Part shown: one piece after another, positions 42,325 through 45,426 of the stretch
Layout of the letters: each line of letters opens with the position of its first letter
How positions within the stretch are numbered: the stretch's first letter is position 1
Source: a virus
Taxonomy: Duplodnaviria > Heunggongvirae > Uroviricota > Caudoviricetes
Direction: 5' to 3' (one strand)
IMG/VR virus record: IMGVR_UViG_2595698887_000001
DNA length: 45,426 nucleotides
The notes under the pieces: model-generated
Databases searched by the model: none
Told to the model about the DNA's origin: nothing
What the model saw: the letters and a program-made list of their open reading frames with translations, nothing else
Position numbers and translations under genes: made by a program

Positions 42325-42834
42325 TTATTCTCCTTCTTTGTTTACAAGACCATCATCAAATGGAATACCGAAGTATTCACTATTCAGGTCATCGCAGAAT
42401 TCTACCCATTTTTTCTGGGATTTAATACCACTACCATCGTTGCCCCATTTCTTGTCGCGCTGGATAGCGACTTGCTGGACAATGCGGTTAGTCAGGGCGA
42501 ACGCCATACGATTGCTCATACGACGAAGTGGGTTACCACGATAATCACCAGCATTGTGCATATGCACCGCATCTTCCAAGGAAAAGTGCATCGGAAGAGA
42601 GGTGATATCGTTGTTGAATGCACGGACGTAGCCGAAACGACCATCGGTGATGTTAGGATACTCAGGCAAACGACGAGGGACGTAACCAAAGGCAGACATC
42701 ATCTCGTCAAGAGAGGCCATTTGGATGTGAACGGTGTCCATTGCCTTTTCTGCACGGAGACCGGACATTGAGTTCCAGTCTTCAATTTCCTTACGGAATT
42801 TTTTAGCCAACTCTAAACGAGAAAATGATGCCAT
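42325..42834 (-). CDS. Hypothetical protein
   Basis: 169 aa, SD AGGAG. Confidence 0.75.
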   Translation of the reverse strand: MASFSRLELAKKFRKEIEDWNSMSGLRAEKAMDTVHIQMASLDEMMSAFGYVPRRLPEYPNITDGRFGYVRAFNNDITSLPMHFSLEDAVHMHNAGDYRGNPLRRMSNRMAFALTNRIVQQVAIQRDKKWGNDGSGIKSQKKWVEFCDDLNSEYFGIPFDDGLVNKEGE

Positions 42835-42845
42835 GATTTTATCTC

Positions 42846-44156
42846 CTATTTGCCAGGGAAAGTTCTTTCGTAGAAGTCTACAATACGTTGGTCAACAATG
42901 ATATCTTTTTCTTTGACCTTACGCAAGAGTCTTAAACCGTTTGCTGTTGTCGCACGACTGAAGGCAACATATGCCATTCCAGGTGCGAATGCGCCATACC
43001 CAAAGTCTATATTAAGTAGCGGCAATGTCAAGCCCTGAGCTTTATGAATTGTCACCGCCCATCCAAGACGAATGGGGAGAGCACGATACTCACCAATGGT
43101 GATCTTCTCCAACTCTTCAGTGACAGTTCCATCAGGATTACGAACCTTGATCGGGTTGTATTCAACATTCTCCCACACATGAGGCTCAACATCAACAACT
43201 TTCCCACACTCAAGACGGACTTTGATACCCTCTTTTCCAAGCTCAATCACTTCACCACGAGAACCGTTGACATATTCAGGCTCTTCAAAACCTTTCGGGT
43301 CATTCACAGTGATCATTACCTTAGCCCCTTCCTTCAGATACAACTCCTCCGGGACAGGTTTTTGGGTAAAATCACCCTGCTTCTTCGCAGTGTAGAGCAC
43401 CGGAAGTCCGGGAACCTCTTCAAAACGCTTCCGGTTGACCTTTTCCGCAGCAGCATTCGTAGATGTGATGGTGATTGCGTCAGGTATTGCTTCTCCACCA
43501 CGATAGCAAACACCGTTCAGTTCTCTCACAATCTCCGGAATACGTTGACCACGACGAAGCAGGTTAAGAATATCGGAAAAGCGACGGCTGTTCTGACGAT
43601 AAATCTTCTCAAGAAGCACCGGGTAAGGGTTAAGCTCTTGCCAGGTATCAGAGAAACAACACAACTCCGTTGGGTGGAACTGGAAATACATCTCCTTCTC
43701 CGCATCTGTGAGTACAGGCGGGTTCTGGAAGAAGTCTCCGAACATACAGATCTGCAAACCACCAAAAGGTTTGTTTGGTTGTCTACGTGCAGCACGGCAC
43801 TTCATGTCCATTTCCCACAGCTTGTCAGCACGGAACATACTGATCTCATCAATGATGATAATCTTTAATGCTTTACTTTTCAGCAGTCTTTTTACTTTCG
43901 GCTTTAGTTCTTCAGCATCTTTCTGAGTCGCAACACCCATTGATAATCTAAACGCCCGGTGAGCCGTCATACCATCAACGTTAATGGCAGCAGCCCCCGT
44001 AGGGGCTACAGTTAAAACGGAACCAGCGTAAAGAGATTGGATGGTCTTAATGGTGTAGCTTTTGCCACTACCTCCGGGACCCGTAACGAATACGTTGTCA
44101 CCGGACATGATAGCACCAAGGGCTGCTTCAACGCCCACACCAAAATCAGACATCAA
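42846..44156 (-). CDS. SF1B DNA helicase (Pif1/Dda/RecD-like)
   Basis: GPGGSGKS, IIDEISM, GDFFQNPPV, LEKIYRQ, AVTIHKAQGLT and YVAFSR. Confidence 0.9.
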   Translation of the reverse strand: MMSDFGVGVEAALGAIMSGDNVFVTGPGGSGKSYTIKTIQSLYAGSVLTVAPTGAAAINVDGMTAHRAFRLSMGVATQKDAEELKPKVKRLLKSKALKIIIIDEISMFRADKLWEMDMKCRAARRQPNKPFGGLQICMFGDFFQNPPVLTDAEKEMYFQFHPTELCCFSDTWQELNPYPVLLEKIYRQNSRRFSDILNLLRRGQRIPEIVRELNGVCYRGGEAIPDAITITSTNAAAEKVNRKRFEEVPGLPVLYTAKKQGDFTQKPVPEELYLKEGAKVMITVNDPKGFEEPEYVNGSRGEVIELGKEGIKVRLECGKVVDVEPHVWENVEYNPIKVRNPDGTVTEELEKITIGEYRALPIRLGWAVTIHKAQGLTLPLLNIDFGYGAFAPGMAYVAFSRATTANGLRLLRKVKEKDIIVDQRIVDFYERTFPGK

Positions 44157-45424
44157 TCCTCCTTAGTTTCTTCTTCCAGATAGATTTCTTCCAGGATCTC
44201 TCCTGCTGAACCGATGACCAGTACATCGGGAGCACCAACTGGTTTCGGGGTTCCTGTCAACACCTCATAACGACAGCAACGGCACTTCTGCTGGTTGTAG
44301 TCGTAAGGGACACTTACAACATCAGCCGGGTTTACAGCTACTTCGATCAGGTTATTACCTGCGAAGCCGCCTGCGTATTCCAGAGAGGCAATGTGCAGAC
44401 CTTGGCTACAAGAGACACGAGGGTTATCTTCGACCATGTTTCGTGGCATAGAGATAATCTGGCCTTTGTAGTTAGGAACCTTCCCGGTGCGAGTATCACG
44501 AGGACCATTACTGGTGTTTGTGATCTTTTTATACGCCTTAACATCACCATTTTCAAGGATCTCAAGATCGTTGTGCTGAATGAAGTCATACAGCATTTTC
44601 ACAGAAGCATAAGACGGGTTGTGCATCAGCTTCTGCATGAACTTCACATAGCGCTCATCGAAAGTATCATTGTCGATATCGTTGAGGATACGTTTTGCAA
44701 GAGTGGTCTCTTGCTTCTGCCCGTGCCAGTACAGAACACCATCAAGAAGCTTCAAATCTGGACCGAGATCAACAACCTTTTCTGCCTTGAACTCTTGACC
44801 TGCACAGATCAGTTCGATAGCACCCTGAATGTCGCCTTCAATCAGTAACAGACCCACATCTGGGAAGATCGCATTGTCGCGGTTGATCGTGTACTGGTGA
44901 CCAGTCGGCATCGAGATGCAGACGTTACCAGGAGTCATGATGACCACAGGTTCTTTCTTCTCAGTCAGTTCCTCAACCAAGTGCGGAGAGGCATCAGCTT
45001 TCTCCACAACCACATTTACAGGAACTTTATGCGGTTCAGGTAACAGTGTGACTGTTGCTTCAATATGCAGATCGGTTACTTCGAAAGTAACTTCCCAGCG
45101 TTTGCCCTGCTTACCGAGATCCTTTACCACACCCTCGTGCTTGTCGCGACCGTCAGAGGTTTTTGCATGGTCAATAATCTTAGCATTCTTTTTGCCCTTT
45201 GCAAAGTCACGGGCTTCACCACGACTTGCAAAGAACATAGAGGACTGAGCAGGAACGGCTTCAGAGGTGAAGCTCATATCCACTTTAGGGGGCTTGGAAG
45301 ACCCTTGGCTATCTTTCGGTACAACCATCCAGCGCCCGTCAGTAACATGACTGCCGCGATCAACAACCTTCATCCCCTCTGCATTGGCAGCTTCTCGTGC
45401 CGCCTTACGGCTAGAAAATACATT
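44153..45424 (-). CDS. rIIB: RIIB lysis-inhibition accessory protein (5' truncated)
   Basis: NPSYASVKMLYDFI, VKAYKKI, CSQGLHIASLEYA and VNPADVVSVPYDYNQQKCRCCRYEV. Frame stays open beyond ATG 45373 to the window edge. Confidence 0.9.
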   Translation of the reverse strand, partial: NVFSSRKAAREAANAEGMKVVDRGSHVTDGRWMVVPKDSQGSSKPPKVDMSFTSEAVPAQSSMFFASRGEARDFAKGKKNAKIIDHAKTSDGRDKHEGVVKDLGKQGKRWEVTFEVTDLHIEATVTLLPEPHKVPVNVVVEKADASPHLVEELTEKKEPVVIMTPGNVCISMPTGHQYTINRDNAIFPDVGLLLIEGDIQGAIELICAGQEFKAEKVVDLGPDLKLLDGVLYWHGQKQETTLAKRILNDIDNDTFDERYVKFMQKLMHNPSYASVKMLYDFIQHNDLEILENGDVKAYKKITNTSNGPRDTRTGKVPNYKGQIISMPRNMVEDNPRVSCSQGLHIASLEYAGGFAGNNLIEVAVNPADVVSVPYDYNQQKCRCCRYEVLTGTPKPVGAPDVLVIGSAGEILEEIYLEEETKED

Positions 45425-45426
45425 AC

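Noticed and set aside
43044-43868. 274-aa plus-strand ORF antisense to the helicase
   Set aside because: Same shadow-frame effect; no motif or initiation signal.
1-45426. CRISPR array, IS element, integrase, rRNA, diversity-generating retroelement
   Set aside because: No regularly spaced repeats, transposase, recombinase or reverse transcriptase motifs, and no long near-identical repeat pair seen by eye. A self dot-plot would be the decisive check.

Overview
This is a 45.4-kb internal fragment of a lytic myovirus genome (about 48% GC by eye) with a contractile tail and an Enterobacterales host. Gene content and order resemble rV5/PVP-SE1/phi92-type phages; this is recognised from memory, not from a search. 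The plus-strand block (1-25952) is the virion module: head fibre, neck, sheath, tube, tail chaperones with a predicted -1 frameshift, tape measure, baseplate, a receptor-binding cassette (adaptor, GH8-like glycosidase, WcaM-like colanidase), a short fibre with chaperone, three small membrane genes, a long fibre and an RCC1/Ig protein. The minus-strand block (25985-45426) holds replication and accessory genes: SSB-like protein, ygiB, pnuC, nadR, family A DNA polymerase, a free-standing HNH, primase-helicase, a putative C5 methyltransferase, a Pif1/Dda-like helicase and rIIB. The strongest unexplained signal is a shared 23-residue C-terminal tag on two unrelated replication proteins, the SSB-like protein and the primase-helicase. 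In both, a host-SSB-type acidic tip (DFDxDxPF) is followed by exactly 15 more residues starting APIGLxY, conserved at the protein level but not the codon level. Other notable items are a multibranch RNA structure in the sheath leader, a virion GH8/colanidase pair, a NadR-PnuC NAD salvage route and sigma70 promoters nested in inverted repeats. No CRISPR array, tRNA, rRNA or IS element was seen.
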